From: Gammaproteobacteria bacterium
GTDB lineage: Bacteria; Pseudomonadota; Gammaproteobacteria; Steroidobacterales; Foliamicaceae
Direction: 5' to 3'
NCBI GenBank assembly: GCA_965213995.1
Contig: OZ243929.1
Coordinates: 184,860 to 248,859, forward strand
Length of the DNA: 64,000 nucleotides
Below the pieces are notes generated by a model. That model was not told the DNA's origin, did no database searches, and saw nothing but the letters and a program-made list of their open reading frames with translations. Both the position numbers and the translations under genes were made by a program. Shown one piece after another: positions 1-10,591 of this stretch. Position 1 is the first letter of the stretch. Every line of letters starts with the position of its first letter.

Positions 1-2
1 GC

Positions 3-416
3 ATGACATACGCCAACGTCATCATTCGCAACCCGGCGGCGCCGGAGCGGGAATGGCAAGGCCGGTTCCTCGTCGATACCGGTGCCATCGACTCCTTGGT
101 GCCACGGCCTATTCTCGAAGCGATTGGCCTTGAGCCGTCCGCGCAACGCAACTACGAATTGGCCGACGGCACCGAGATCGAGATGGATGTCGCGGGCGCC
201 GAAATGGAATTGCTTGGCGAGCTTACCTTTGGACTGGTCATCTTCGGCGATGCCAAGGCCGAGCCTTTGCTGGGCGTGACGGCGCTGGAATCAGCGGGCA
301 TCGAAGTCGATCCGCAGAACCAGCGCCTGAAGAAACTGCCTTCTGTGCGCCTCAAGAAAAGCGCCCACCCATGCCGTGTCACCGCGCCGCCGCGCTTCAG
401 ATCAAAACGGGAATAG
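3..416 (+). CDS. Clan AA (retropepsin-like) aspartic protease; may start just upstream of the window
   Basis: FLVDTGA catalytic motif, LADG flap and PLLGVTALE C-terminal motif. Confidence 0.8.
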   Translation: MTYANVIIRNPAAPEREWQGRFLVDTGAIDSLVPRPILEAIGLEPSAQRNYELADGTEIEMDVAGAEMELLGELTFGLVIFGDAKAEPLLGVTALESAGIEVDPQNQRLKKLPSVRLKKSAHPCRVTAPPRFRSKRE

Positions 417-534
417 CGCCGGACGCGCGCTTTGCAAGCTCGGGAAGCCGCTCCCTTGCGAGCGCGGGCGCGGCGGCAAGCCAATGGCCATCAGCCCGCT
501 GCGCGGCGGCGCGCTAACTGGCTGGAACCGCTCT

Positions 535-1872
535 TTATTCGGCAATCCGGCGCGCGGGACGCCGCAGGTAAGCGCCGGAGCGGCGCGTGAACGTGTGGCG
601 GAACTCGTGCCGAGGCTCGCCGCTGCCGGAGTTCGGTGTGCTGAATAGATCGACGCGGGCGGAATCGCCGTCCAGATTCACGTAGGCGAAGCCCCAGACC
701 ATGCCGCGGGCGAATAGAACGCGGTTGGCCGGATTGCCGGCGCTTTGGTGCGCCATGAAAGCGGTGTGCAGGCCGCGCTGCTTGGAAGCCGCGCCGGAAA
801 CCACTTGCAGCAGCGGCTCGATATTTTCCTGCCCGGTTGCCGCCCGGCAATCGTCCTCGTGCAGCTCCAGGGTATGGTCATGGCCGGCGAGATAGGCATC
901 CGCGTGGCGGCATAGGGTCGGCAGCAGCACTTGGCGCAAAGCCCGCGCCTGCTGGAACTTGAATCCGCCGCCCGACCAGATCGGATGGTGGCCCATCACG
1001 AATTTCCAGCGCGCATCCGAATCCGCCAGCTGCTTCTCCAGCCATTCCACCATGCCTTTCTCCATGGCAGTGGCTGGCTTCACCCAAGCGCCCGGCCCCC
1101 AAGTCCGGTCCGTTTGCACTTCGCTGCCGTCGGGGTTCAAGGCCGCCACCTTCACTTCCTGGCCCGCCAGCAGCACATTGGTATCGATCACGAACAGCTC
1201 CACTTGGCCTTTGCCCGCCGGCGGCTTGACCTGGTAAACGTGGCCGTTCATATAGAAGGGCGGATTGCTTTCCAGGAACCGGACTTGCGCCATAGCGCCT
1301 TCCCTCGAAGTATGCCAATCGTGGTTGCCCAGCGCCGCGTAGATGCGGTAGTCCGGCTTGCCCGCGCCCAGCGGCGCGAAAGGCTCGGTGAACATGGCCG
1401 CGAAGCGCCGCTCGTCATTGCCGTCGGCCTCGGCGCCATCCGGATAGATATTGTCCCCCAGCATCAAGGCGAACTCGCATGAGGCGTCGGCGCAATGCCG
1501 CTTCATCGCATTGGCCACCGGATGCATGCCGCTGGCCATGATGAAGCTGCCGTAGCTTTCGAGGAAATGGGAGGGCGACGCAGCGAACTCCTCCGGGTTT
1601 CGGTGGTCTTTGGCCCAGATGCGCCTGTACTTCTCGATATATTCCTCTTCGGTGGTGATCGGGGTGCCCGGATCCACGAAATCCTCATGCAGGCCGCTGT
1701 CGCCGAATGCCACAAAGCCGAACCGCACCGGATCGTCCGCCGGAGCCTGCTGCGATTGCGTTCGAGGCGGAAAAAGGCTTGCTGAAAGGACGGCGGCTGC
1801 AAGAGCGGCAAGCGCAACCCGCCTAGGCATATCCAGCCTATGAGTTAGGCTGGTTAAAACCATGCTCATCAT
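535..1872 (-). CDS. Secreted metallophosphoesterase, purple acid phosphatase-like
   Basis: GDSG, GDNIY, GNHD, GHH and GHDH motifs; N-terminal hydrophobic signal; true start may be ~1830. Confidence 0.85.
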   Translation of the reverse strand: MMSMVLTSLTHRLDMPRRVALAALAAAVLSASLFPPRTQSQQAPADDPVRFGFVAFGDSGLHEDFVDPGTPITTEEEYIEKYRRIWAKDHRNPEEFAASPSHFLESYGSFIMASGMHPVANAMKRHCADASCEFALMLGDNIYPDGAEADGNDERRFAAMFTEPFAPLGAGKPDYRIYAALGNHDWHTSREGAMAQVRFLESNPPFYMNGHVYQVKPPAGKGQVELFVIDTNVLLAGQEVKVAALNPDGSEVQTDRTWGPGAWVKPATAMEKGMVEWLEKQLADSDARWKFVMGHHPIWSGGGFKFQQARALRQVLLPTLCRHADAYLAGHDHTLELHEDDCRAATGQENIEPLLQVVSGAASKQRGLHTAFMAHQSAGNPANRVLFARGMVWGFAYVNLDGDSARVDLFSTPNSGSGEPRHEFRHTFTRRSGAYLRRPARRIAE

Positions 1873-1981
1873 GATTTTCCTTCTGGTATTGAATTTCTGA
1901 ACGGATCGGGAACGCCAGTCTTCCTATCAGGCCGGAACGAAGCCATGGAGGACAATGCTACATGAGAATTAGGCATGAGGC

Positions 1982-3964
1982 TCAGAGCGAGCGGCCCAGC
2001 GCATGGCCGTCGGCGGTGGCGGCGAGCAAGGTTCGGGGCATGTCGCAATCGCCCACGCACACCACTTCGAGGCCCTCGGCGCGCAGCGGCGCGGCGAGTT
2101 CGTTATTCGGCGCGCGGCTGCCTGACCAGGTGAGCAGCGCGAGGTCGCCGATTTCGGTGGCCGCATCGTTCAACAGATTGCGGAGGGCCGCGCGGCCTTC
2201 GTCCAGCGCCGAGGCCGGGTCGATGCCGCACAGCGGAACCACCTCCACGTTGGGCATGGCGTAAAGCCGGCGGTAGATGCCCTGGCGGGTGACCAGGCCG
2301 ACATCGCTGGCCAGCCGTTCGCGCGGCGTCACGACCACCAGGCGGGCGAAGCGCTGCGCCAGCAGCTCGGCGGCGGCGTAGGTGGCCAAGGTATGGTCCT
2401 GGTCCCACAAGACCGCAGTGCCGTCTATCGTTTCATCGGGCCGTTCGAGCATTTCCCCGCTTGCTTCGCGGAGGTCGGGCACGAAATCGCGCCATTCCCC
2501 CGGCCAGCCGTCCGGCCACAGCATGGTGGCGCCGCCGGCCAGCACCACGATATCAGGCGAATCCCGCAGCACATCCTCAACGGTCGCTTTCCATCCCAGG
2601 CGCAGTTCCGCGCCCGCTTTGTTGGCCGCCATCTCCTGGTAGTCATAAACGCTGCTGATATTTTCCCCTCCCGGCAGCTGTGCATGCAGGCACGCCTTGC
2701 CGCCGGGCCTCTCCGAGGCGCCGAATACCGTAACGCCGTGCCCGCGCGCCGCCGCCACCCAAGCCGCCTCCAAACCGGCGGGGCCGGCGCCAACCACCGC
2801 CACGCGGCGTTTTCTTCGGGCCGGCGCGGGCCAGTAATCGACTTCGTCGCGCCGGCCGAGGCGGGGATTATTGTCGCAAGCTATGGGGCGGCGCTCGATA
2901 ATCGTGGCCCAGCAGGTATTGCAGGACACGCAGTAACGGATCTCGGATTGCCTCCCTTCCGCCGCCTTCTTCACCCAGGCCGCGTCCGTGACCAAGGGCC
3001 GGCCCAGCGCCACCATCTGCGCTTGGCCGGAGGCCAGTATGCCTTCCGCTTCCGCCGGGTCGGTAATCAATCCCAGGGCCATGAGCGGCACCCCCGGCGC
3101 ATGGGCCGCGATTTTCGCATGCCCTTCGACATAAGGCGCGCGCGGGTAGCTCATGTCCGGAATATGCGCCTCCAAGGCATGGGAGTGCGAACCGTCGCAA
3201 TAGGCCAGGTAATGAAAGCCGCCGGCCTCCGCCAAGCGGGCGGTGATGCGCGCGGATTCGGGATGATCGATGCCTCCCGGAATCCCGTCGGCTCCCGGAA
3301 GTTTTAATCCTAAAATAAAGTTATGCTTGCAACTGCTTGTTATTACTTCTATTAACTCTCTTAAAAATCGCGTCCGCCCTTCCAGGTCCCCGCCGTATTC
3401 ATCGTCGCGCCTATTGGCCGCCGGCGACAGGAATTGATGGAACAGATGCCCATGCCCGACGGAAAGCTCGACCCCGCTGAAACCCGCCTCCTCAAGGCGG
3501 CGCGCGCCCTTGCCGAAATGCTCGATCGCCTCGTGGATGCGGCGCCTAGGCATTTCCCTAGGCATGGTCCAACTGAGGTCGTCGGGCAGCGCCGAAGGCG
3601 CCCAGGCCTGCGGCGAACGGCCGGCCTCGCGATGGCCGCGCCCGGAATCCTGAAACTGCCCCAGCAACCGGCAATCCCGGCTTTCCACCGCATCGGCCCA
3701 GCGGGCCAAGGCATCGCGGGCATTCGGCTTGAACAGGGCGGGGCGGTGCGATTGGTCGTGCCAAGGCAGCACGGCAAGCGGCTCGGTCACGATCAATCCC
3801 GCTCCGCCTGCGGCGCGGTTAGCGTGGTAGCGCACCAAGCGCGGATCGATATCCTGATTGCGCGAATAGCGCGTGCTCATCGAGGCGTGCGCCACGCGAT
3901 TGCGGACAGCGCGCCCGGCCAGCGTGATCGGTTGAAGCAAAAGCGGATACCCGGAACCGCTCAT
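1982..3964 (-). CDS. NADH:flavin oxidoreductase (OYE TIM barrel + 4Fe-4S + FAD domain; TMADH/DgcA/FadH-like)
   Basis: RNRVAHASM, GHGHLFHQFLSP, NRRDDEYGG, CVSCNTC...C, GAGPAG. Confidence 0.88.
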   Translation of the reverse strand: MSGSGYPLLLQPITLAGRAVRNRVAHASMSTRYSRNQDIDPRLVRYHANRAAGGAGLIVTEPLAVLPWHDQSHRPALFKPNARDALARWADAVESRDCRLLGQFQDSGRGHREAGRSPQAWAPSALPDDLSWTMPREMPRRRIHEAIEHFGKGARRLEEAGFSGVELSVGHGHLFHQFLSPAANRRDDEYGGDLEGRTRFLRELIEVITSSCKHNFILGLKLPGADGIPGGIDHPESARITARLAEAGGFHYLAYCDGSHSHALEAHIPDMSYPRAPYVEGHAKIAAHAPGVPLMALGLITDPAEAEGILASGQAQMVALGRPLVTDAAWVKKAAEGRQSEIRYCVSCNTCWATIIERRPIACDNNPRLGRRDEVDYWPAPARRKRRVAVVGAGPAGLEAAWVAAARGHGVTVFGASERPGGKACLHAQLPGGENISSVYDYQEMAANKAGAELRLGWKATVEDVLRDSPDIVVLAGGATMLWPDGWPGEWRDFVPDLREASGEMLERPDETIDGTAVLWDQDHTLATYAAAELLAQRFARLVVVTPRERLASDVGLVTRQGIYRRLYAMPNVEVVPLCGIDPASALDEGRAALRNLLNDAATEIGDLALLTWSGSRAPNNELAAPLRAEGLEVVCVGDCDMPRTLLAATADGHALGRSL

Positions 3965-4192
3965 GGCAGCCGCGCCATTACATTGCCAATCAGCTCGCGC
4001 ACGGCCTCATTCTATCGAGATATGCGCCCAAGCGACTTGGTTTGTCGCATCAAGCCTTACGCTGGAAAGCCAACTCCACTCGCCGCTGTGCTACGCTCCC
4101 CGCCAGGCATTCCGGCGCTCCGGCGGGAGCCATTAAGCCAAGCGGCCAAACACGGAAGAAATCACCATGCCAGAAACACAAACGGCCATTGA

Positions 4193-6889
4193 ATGAATCC
4201 GCCGGGCTACCAGGAATTGCTCGAGCGGGAGTTGTTTCCGGCGCTTCGCGGGGGCGGCGGGCTGGTGACCCGCACCGGGCGGCTGGCGCGGCGCATTCGG
4301 TTTCGCTACGGCCAATGGCGCCGTGCCGGGAAAGCGGCTGTTTGGCAGCGTCCGGCGGTGCATTCCTGGCAGGAATGGATGCGCCAGCTGTGGGAGCAGT
4401 CGCTGCTGCGCGGCGGCGAGGCGGGCGCATGCGCGCTGCTGTCGCCGCACGGCTCCCAAATGCTTTGGGAGCAGGCCTTAAGCGAGGATGCGGTGGCTGG
4501 CTTCGGCTTGGAGCAGAACGCCGAGCTGGCCCGCCGAAGCTGGAATCTTGCGCTTGAGTATGGATTGAGTCTGGAGCGGCTCCGCAGCGAGGCGGATGGG
4601 GAGGATGAGCGGCGCTTCGTGCGCTGGGCAGCGCGCTTCGAGGCGCTGCGCGGTCCGGCGGCTTGGCTGGAGCCTGCCGCGCTGCCCCAGCTTTTGGCGC
4701 AGGACTTGCAAGCCGGGGCGGTTGCCGTGCGCGGGCCGCTGTATCTGCTTGGGCTTGAGGAGCCTTTGCCGCCGTCGCAAAAGATATTCCTTGATGCGCT
4801 GCGCTCCGTAGGCGTTGCCTTGGAGCAAGCGCCGCGCGCCCCCGTCGCGGCAAGCGCATGCAGGATCGAATGCGAGAGCGGCGACGAGGAATTGCGGGAG
4901 GCTGCAAGCTGGGCCGGCGCAGGCAATGCCGGCCTTGTTTTGGTTGATTTCAACGAGCGCGCGCCGCAAGCCCGCCGAGCGCTGCTCGACTGCATGCAAC
5001 CTGCTTGGCAGACACGCGGATTTCCCGAGAACGCGCCGCTCAACTCCGCGGAATCGCCGCCGCTGGGGCATGTTGGACCGGCGGAAATGGGGCTGGATGC
5101 GCTTCATCTGCTGGCGGGACCGCCAAACGTGTTGGATTTCGAGGTGGTCAGCCGGATTCTGCGCGGCGCCTACCTGCGCGGCGCCGATAGCGAAGCGGGC
5201 GGGCGGGCGCGGCTTGAGCGGCAGATCCGCGCCCAATTGGTGGGCGGTGAAATTTCGCGCTCCCAGCTGATGCGGCTTGCTCCCAAGAGAGCGCCGCAGT
5301 TCGCCGAAATGCTTGGGCAAGCATCAAAGATTTCACGGAACGAGCGCGGCAAAGGCAAGGCGCGCTCGCATCGCAACTGGGCCGCGGCTTTCACGGCTTT
5401 TCTTCATGAACTGGGCTGGCCGGGGCAACGAGCGCTGGCCAGCAGCGAACAACAGGCGGTCGAGGCTTTCGCGCGCCTGCTCTCGGAATTCGGCGCCTGC
5501 GACGCGGTTTCCGCAAAGCCCGTGCAATTGCAGGAGGCGCTCAAACGGCTGCGCGGCATGGCCCAGGAGCGCAAATTCCAGCCCCAAGGCCCGGATGAAG
5601 CCGTGGAGCTGCTGCCGTTGGAGGAGGCCGCCGGAATGCGTTTCGACCGCTTGTGGGTGGCCGGAGCGGGCGCCAGTTTATGGCCCAAACCGGCCCGGCC
5701 GGCCCCGCTGCTTCCTTTGGGCTTGCAAAGACGGCTGAAAATGCCCCAAGCCAGCTCGCAGGCCGCGCTTGCTGGAGCGCGGCGGCAAACAACGGCGCTG
5801 ATGCGCTGCGCCGAGGAAATCGTGTTCAGCTGGCCGAAGATCGCTGAGGAAGGAGTGGAAACCAGCTGTAGTCCATTGATCGGCTCGCTCCCCTTGCGGC
5901 AGCGCTCAGGCGCGGCGGCGCCAGAGGCGGCCTCCTACGCCGAAAAACTGCGAATCAGCGCCGTGCTGGAAACTCTCGATGATGATACAGCGCCCCATTT
6001 GCAGGAGAACGAGGAAATCAAGGGCGGCACACGCCTTATGGACCATCAGCTGAACAATCCGTTTCGAGCATTTGCCGAGTTCCGGCTGCATGCCAGGGAA
6101 TACCCGATGCCTTATGACGGGCTCAGCCCGCTGGCCCGCGGGGATATCCTGCATAAGCTCCTCTGTCGGCTCTACACGGAATTTCAAGATTCCGCGTCCT
6201 TGGGCGCCGCGATGCCCGGCTTGGCGGAGCGCCTTGAGGAGTGGGCGGCGGAAATTCCCAAAGACGAGCCCCTCGGCTTTCGCCCGCTTGTGCTCGGGCT
6301 GCTGCGGCTGGAGCGGGAACGGGCCGCGCAGTTGGCTCTCGACTGGGCCCGCCTCGATATTGAGCGCGGCGACTTCAGCGTTCAAGAGTGCGAGGCGGAG
6401 GAGGAACTGCGTCTTGGCCCCTTGGCCCTGAAAATGTACTTGGATCGGATTGACCGTGTCGCGCCTGAAGTCGGCCCCGTGGTGCTCGACTACAAGACAG
6501 GGCAGGAACAGGCGCTGTCCGGGCTTGATCCTGAGCGCCTGCGCTCCAGCCAGCTTCCTGCGTATGCTTTGGCCGCTGAACCCAGCGCGGCTGGCGTCGG
6601 CTACGTGTTCCTTGGCGGCAAACGAATTCTCGTCAAAGGCATTTGCGCCCCCGGCATCGCCGAGTCGGCAATGGCGGGCTTGCCGAAGCTCACGCCTATC
6701 TCCGGCCATCGCGGTTTCAAGCGCTACTTGCGCTGGGAGGACCTTCTGGCGGGCTGGCGCCGCGCCTTGGAAGCGGCGGCGGATGATTTGAGCCGGGGGG
6801 ACGCGCGCCTTGAAACCTTTGCCTACGAAGAAAGAGCCCGCGGCCAGTACCAAGTATTGAGCCGCATCCAGGAGATGGAGCGCGCGTGA
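4193..6889 (+). CDS. addB: AddB-like DNA repair protein with PD-(D/E)XK nuclease domain
   Basis: C-terminal RG.ILH, DRID, LDYKTG and QLPAY motifs; 4-nt overlap with the downstream helicase. Confidence 0.75.
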   Translation: MNPPGYQELLERELFPALRGGGGLVTRTGRLARRIRFRYGQWRRAGKAAVWQRPAVHSWQEWMRQLWEQSLLRGGEAGACALLSPHGSQMLWEQALSEDAVAGFGLEQNAELARRSWNLALEYGLSLERLRSEADGEDERRFVRWAARFEALRGPAAWLEPAALPQLLAQDLQAGAVAVRGPLYLLGLEEPLPPSQKIFLDALRSVGVALEQAPRAPVAASACRIECESGDEELREAASWAGAGNAGLVLVDFNERAPQARRALLDCMQPAWQTRGFPENAPLNSAESPPLGHVGPAEMGLDALHLLAGPPNVLDFEVVSRILRGAYLRGADSEAGGRARLERQIRAQLVGGEISRSQLMRLAPKRAPQFAEMLGQASKISRNERGKGKARSHRNWAAAFTAFLHELGWPGQRALASSEQQAVEAFARLLSEFGACDAVSAKPVQLQEALKRLRGMAQERKFQPQGPDEAVELLPLEEAAGMRFDRLWVAGAGASLWPKPARPAPLLPLGLQRRLKMPQASSQAALAGARRQTTALMRCAEEIVFSWPKIAEEGVETSCSPLIGSLPLRQRSGAAAPEAASYAEKLRISAVLETLDDDTAPHLQENEEIKGGTRLMDHQLNNPFRAFAEFRLHAREYPMPYDGLSPLARGDILHKLLCRLYTEFQDSASLGAAMPGLAERLEEWAAEIPKDEPLGFRPLVLGLLRLERERAAQLALDWARLDIERGDFSVQECEAEEELRLGPLALKMYLDRIDRVAPEVGPVVLDYKTGQEQALSGLDPERLRSSQLPAYALAAEPSAAGVGYVFLGGKRILVKGICAPGIAESAMAGLPKLTPISGHRGFKRYLRWEDLLAGWRRALEAAADDLSRGDARLETFAYEERARGQYQVLSRIQEMERA

Positions 6890-9800
6890 CGGCGCCGGCG
6901 GATCAGAAAGCGCGCCGGCAGGCGCTGGACCCGGAGCGCTCGTTCATTGTGCAGGCGCCGGCCGGCTCCGGCAAAACCGAGATTCTGGTGCAGCGCTACC
7001 TGGGCCTGCTAGCGCGGGTGGAAGAGCCCGACGCCGTGCTGGCGATTACCTTTACCCGCAAGGCCGCCGCCGAGATGCGCGAGCGCGTGGCCAGCAGCCT
7101 GCGTGAGGCCCAAGCCAATGGCGGCGAAGTGCAGCCCCATCGCGAACTCACCCTCAAGCTGGCGCGACGCGTGCTTGAGCAGTCGCGGCGGCGCGAGTGG
7201 CACCTGCAGGAGAATCCGGCGCGCCTGCGAATTATCACGATCGACGCCCTAGGCTCCTGGCTGGCAGTGAGCGCTCCGGTGTCCAGCGGCGGCGGCGCGC
7301 TCGGCGACCTGCGCGCCGATGCCAAGCCGCTATGCGAATCGGCGGCGCGCGCTTGCCTGCGCGAAGGCATCCGCAAGGGCGATGGCGATGTTCAATCGCT
7401 GCTCCGCCATCTTGATGGCAACGGGCGCCAATTCACTGAACTGGTTGCCGGAATGCTGGCCAAGCGCGAGAGCTGGCTGCCGCTTTTAGGAGAGGAGATT
7501 GACGGCCAGAACCTTAATCGGGCATTGCGCCATCTGGCCGGACGCGAAATCCGCTGGATGCTTGAGAGTTTGGGCGAGTGCCGCAGCGAGTTCGAGAGGA
7601 TGTTTGCGAAGCACTGGGCCGGCGACGGCGAGCCAAACAACCCGGCGGATCCGGATGCTCTGCCCGGGTGGTTCCGCGCGGCGGGCGACCTGCTCACAAA
7701 AAAAGACGAATGGCGGGCCCGGTTCAAGCCGAAGCCCGCCGAGCGGCTTGAGCGGAAGCTTCGGGAATCGCTCGAGTTTCGCGAGCGGCTGGCCCGGATC
7801 AGGACGCTGCCGCCGCCGGATTGCAACGTCCAGCGCGCCGGCCAGGTGCGGGCGGTCCTAAGCGTGCTGCGCCAAAGCCTTGCATGCCTCAAGCTGCTGT
7901 TCGCGCAGCGGGGGGAAACCGACTACACCGAAGTCAGCCAGGCAGCGGTTCAAGCGCTGGGGCGGGAAGACCGGTCGTCGCTGCTGGCCGAGCGGCTGGA
8001 TGCGCGCCTGCGGCATATCCTTGTGGACGAATTCCAGGATACTTCGGATACCCAGTTCGATTTGCTTGAGCGGATGATCGCTGAATGGCAACCAGGCGAC
8101 GGCCGCACAATCTTCCTGGTGGGCGATCCCATGCAGTCCATATACGGATTCCGGGAAGCCGATGTGCGCGGCTATTTGAGGGTTTGCGAGCAAGGGCTGG
8201 GGAATCTTAAGCCGGAAGTGCTGCGCCTTACGGTCAATTTCCGGTCCGCGCCCGAGCTGGCGGACTGGTTCAACCGCATCTTCCCGAAGGTTTTCCCGGT
8301 CGTGGGCGATATGGGGATGGGAACCGTTCCCTACACGCCTTGCAAGGCCGCGCCTGAAGCCGTGCCGGGGCAGGGCAGCGTTGGCCTGCACTACTTCCGC
8401 AAGGGCGAGCACGAATCGGAAGTGGCCATCGTCGAGCGGCTGGTGCTGCAAACTTTTAGCGACCATCCCGGAGAAAGCATCGGCATCCTGGTCCGCAGCC
8501 GCACCCATGGCGAGCAAGTTAGCCATGCGCTGCAAGCCAGCCATGCGCTGCGCGAACGAGGGATCGGGGTGAGCCGAACCGAGTTCGACCGCCGCAAGCG
8601 CTACAGCGTGGTTCAGGATTTAGCCGCCGTTGCCCGCGCCTTCGCGCAGCGCTCCGACCGGATTGCCTGGCTGGCGGTGCTGCGGGCGCCGTGGTGCGGC
8701 TTGTCGCTTAAGGACATGCATGCGCTCTGCCATGATGCGCCGGACGATACCGTATGGGACCTCATGCGGGATGCTAGGCGGGCGGGGCGCCTCAGTGACG
8801 ACGGGCGCGTCAGGCTGGCGCGCGTCTCGCCCGTTCTGGAGCAAGCTTTGCAGCTGCGCGGGCAGCTGGATTTCCGCAGCTGGGTGGAGGGCGCTTGGCT
8901 GGCGCTGGGCGGCCCCGTCGGCAATGCCGACGAGCAATGCTTGCGGCATGCCTCGGAGTTCCTCGACAGCTTGGAGGCGGCCAGCAGCGGCAGCCTGATC
9001 GATAACGCCGTGCTGCGCACGCTTAATCTCACCGAGGAATTCGTGAGCAATCCGGAAACCGGCGCGCCTGTGCGGATCATGACCATGCACAAGGCTAAAG
9101 GCCTTGAGTTCGATACCGTGATTCTTCCTGGGCTTGGACGCGGAGTGAACGCAGGCTCCGCGCCGGTGCTGCGCTGGTGGAAGCCTCCGCGCGGCCCAGC
9201 CCGTTCGCGCAAGGAAGACGGCGCTTTGCCGCTGCTGGCCGTGCCGCCCTCCAAGCGCGGAGAAGACGAGGATGCCGCGTACGAGTACTTGGGCAAACTG
9301 GAAAAGGCCAAGGAGGATGCCGAGCGCAAGCGGCTCCTGTACGTGGCGGCAACGCGGGCGCGGTGCCGCTTGCACTTGCTAGTGGGTCTTGCCAGGGAGG
9401 AAGACTCGGAAGGCCCCGGCGAATTCAAGCCCGCGACACGGACCATGGCGGGCGATCTTGAGGAAGCCTTCAAGGCGCTGTTCGCGCTGCGCCCTCCGAG
9501 CGAAGTGCCCGCAAAGGTCAAAAGCTCAAGCCAGCGGCAATTCGTTGAACCGGCAATCCAGCGTGTGCCGGCCGGCTGGGCGCCGCCCGAACCTCCGGCG
9601 CCCATGATCGCTCGCCGCCCGGAGGAAACCCGGTCGCCCTCGTATGTATGGGCCAGTGAACGGGCGCGGGCGCTTGGCTTGGCAGTCCATCGCTGGCTCC
9701 AGGAAATCGCCGAGGAGGGCCTAGGCGCTTGGCCCCGCGAGCGCTTGGCGGCGCTGCGCCCCCGTACTCAGCGGATGTTGCAATTCCACGGAATGCCGCC

Positions 9801-10203
9801 GGATGAGATCGAATCGTTGGCGGCGGATGTCGAAACCTCCCTCGCCGGCACGCTAAGCGACGAGCGGGGGCGCTGGACGCTGGAAGCCCACGAGGACGCG
9901 GCCAGCGAGCTGCCGCTTTCATTGCAGGAAGACGGGCGCACCCGCAATTTGATCCTCGACCGCACCTTCGTGCATAAGGGAGAGCGCTGGATCGTGGATT
10001 TCAAGACTTCCCGGCACGAAGGCGGCAACCTTGAAAGTTTCCTCGACGAGGAGGAGAGGCGCCACGCCCCGCAGCTCGACCGCTACCGCCTGGCCATGGC
10101 CGAGCGCGAGAACCGCCCCATCCGCACCGCCCTCTACTTCCCATGGCACCAAGCCTTCCGCGAAGTTTTCCCCGGCGATGCCGCAGGCGCCAACGACGGA
10201 TAG
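6886..10203 (+). CDS. addA: AddA-like UvrD helicase-nuclease
   Basis: APAGSGKT, DEFQDT, GDPMQSIYGFR, TMHKAKGLEFD, YVAATRA; C-terminal VDFKT nuclease. Confidence 0.88.
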   Translation: MTAPADQKARRQALDPERSFIVQAPAGSGKTEILVQRYLGLLARVEEPDAVLAITFTRKAAAEMRERVASSLREAQANGGEVQPHRELTLKLARRVLEQSRRREWHLQENPARLRIITIDALGSWLAVSAPVSSGGGALGDLRADAKPLCESAARACLREGIRKGDGDVQSLLRHLDGNGRQFTELVAGMLAKRESWLPLLGEEIDGQNLNRALRHLAGREIRWMLESLGECRSEFERMFAKHWAGDGEPNNPADPDALPGWFRAAGDLLTKKDEWRARFKPKPAERLERKLRESLEFRERLARIRTLPPPDCNVQRAGQVRAVLSVLRQSLACLKLLFAQRGETDYTEVSQAAVQALGREDRSSLLAERLDARLRHILVDEFQDTSDTQFDLLERMIAEWQPGDGRTIFLVGDPMQSIYGFREADVRGYLRVCEQGLGNLKPEVLRLTVNFRSAPELADWFNRIFPKVFPVVGDMGMGTVPYTPCKAAPEAVPGQGSVGLHYFRKGEHESEVAIVERLVLQTFSDHPGESIGILVRSRTHGEQVSHALQASHALRERGIGVSRTEFDRRKRYSVVQDLAAVARAFAQRSDRIAWLAVLRAPWCGLSLKDMHALCHDAPDDTVWDLMRDARRAGRLSDDGRVRLARVSPVLEQALQLRGQLDFRSWVEGAWLALGGPVGNADEQCLRHASEFLDSLEAASSGSLIDNAVLRTLNLTEEFVSNPETGAPVRIMTMHKAKGLEFDTVILPGLGRGVNAGSAPVLRWWKPPRGPARSRKEDGALPLLAVPPSKRGEDEDAAYEYLGKLEKAKEDAERKRLLYVAATRARCRLHLLVGLAREEDSEGPGEFKPATRTMAGDLEEAFKALFALRPPSEVPAKVKSSSQRQFVEPAIQRVPAGWAPPEPPAPMIARRPEETRSPSYVWASERARALGLAVHRWLQEIAEEGLGAWPRERLAALRPRTQRMLQFHGMPPDEIESLAADVETSLAGTLSDERGRWTLEAHEDAASELPLSLQEDGRTRNLILDRTFVHKGERWIVDFKTSRHEGGNLESFLDEEERRHAPQLDRYRLAMAERENRPIRTALYFPWHQAFREVFPGDAAGANDG

Positions 10204-10291
10204 CCCGTTCATCCGTGACGGTTCAAGGCGCGGGGCTGCGGGGCGATGCCTGAGTTGCCTGCTTTCCGCTTGATTGAGAGCCTGCTTGCCC

Positions 10292-10328
10292 GCCCTTTCT
10301 CCGTCCCTTTCCCGCAGGAGACGCATGA
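10292..10328. repeat. Degenerate fragment of the MITE internal hairpin family
   Basis: GCCCTTTCTCCGTCCCTTTCCCGCAGGAGACGCATGA resembles the reverse complement of 15817-15854 and the GGAGACGCATGA at 38779-38790. Confidence 0.45.
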
Positions 10329-10591
10329 CTACTTGAAGCTTGACCTGCATAGGCCAAGAACCCGTCCTCCTTCTTCCTGGGAGTTGCTGTTGGTCTCCCT
10401 GCCGCGCGGCGTTGCCGGAATCACGTCCGGGGCCGTCCTCCTGCCGGCCCGCTCGCATCTGGCAAAGGCATGCTTTGCCTCGCTGCGCTGCGCGCATCGA
10501 CCGATGCTCGCCCTGCCGCCGACACTTGTATGTTGGAATGGGTCCATCCCCGACCGCATGCGGCCTGCGTTGGCGGGGCCACATTGCATGG

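Noticed and set aside
8521-8551. Short in-frame duplications (SHALQASHAL in addA; 15-bp repeat in gspI near 14001 and 14028)
   Set aside because: Ordinary slippage with no sign of function
10204-10591. gspN or another gene between addA and gspM
   Set aside because: No frame gives a credible protein; contains a degenerate repeat fragment
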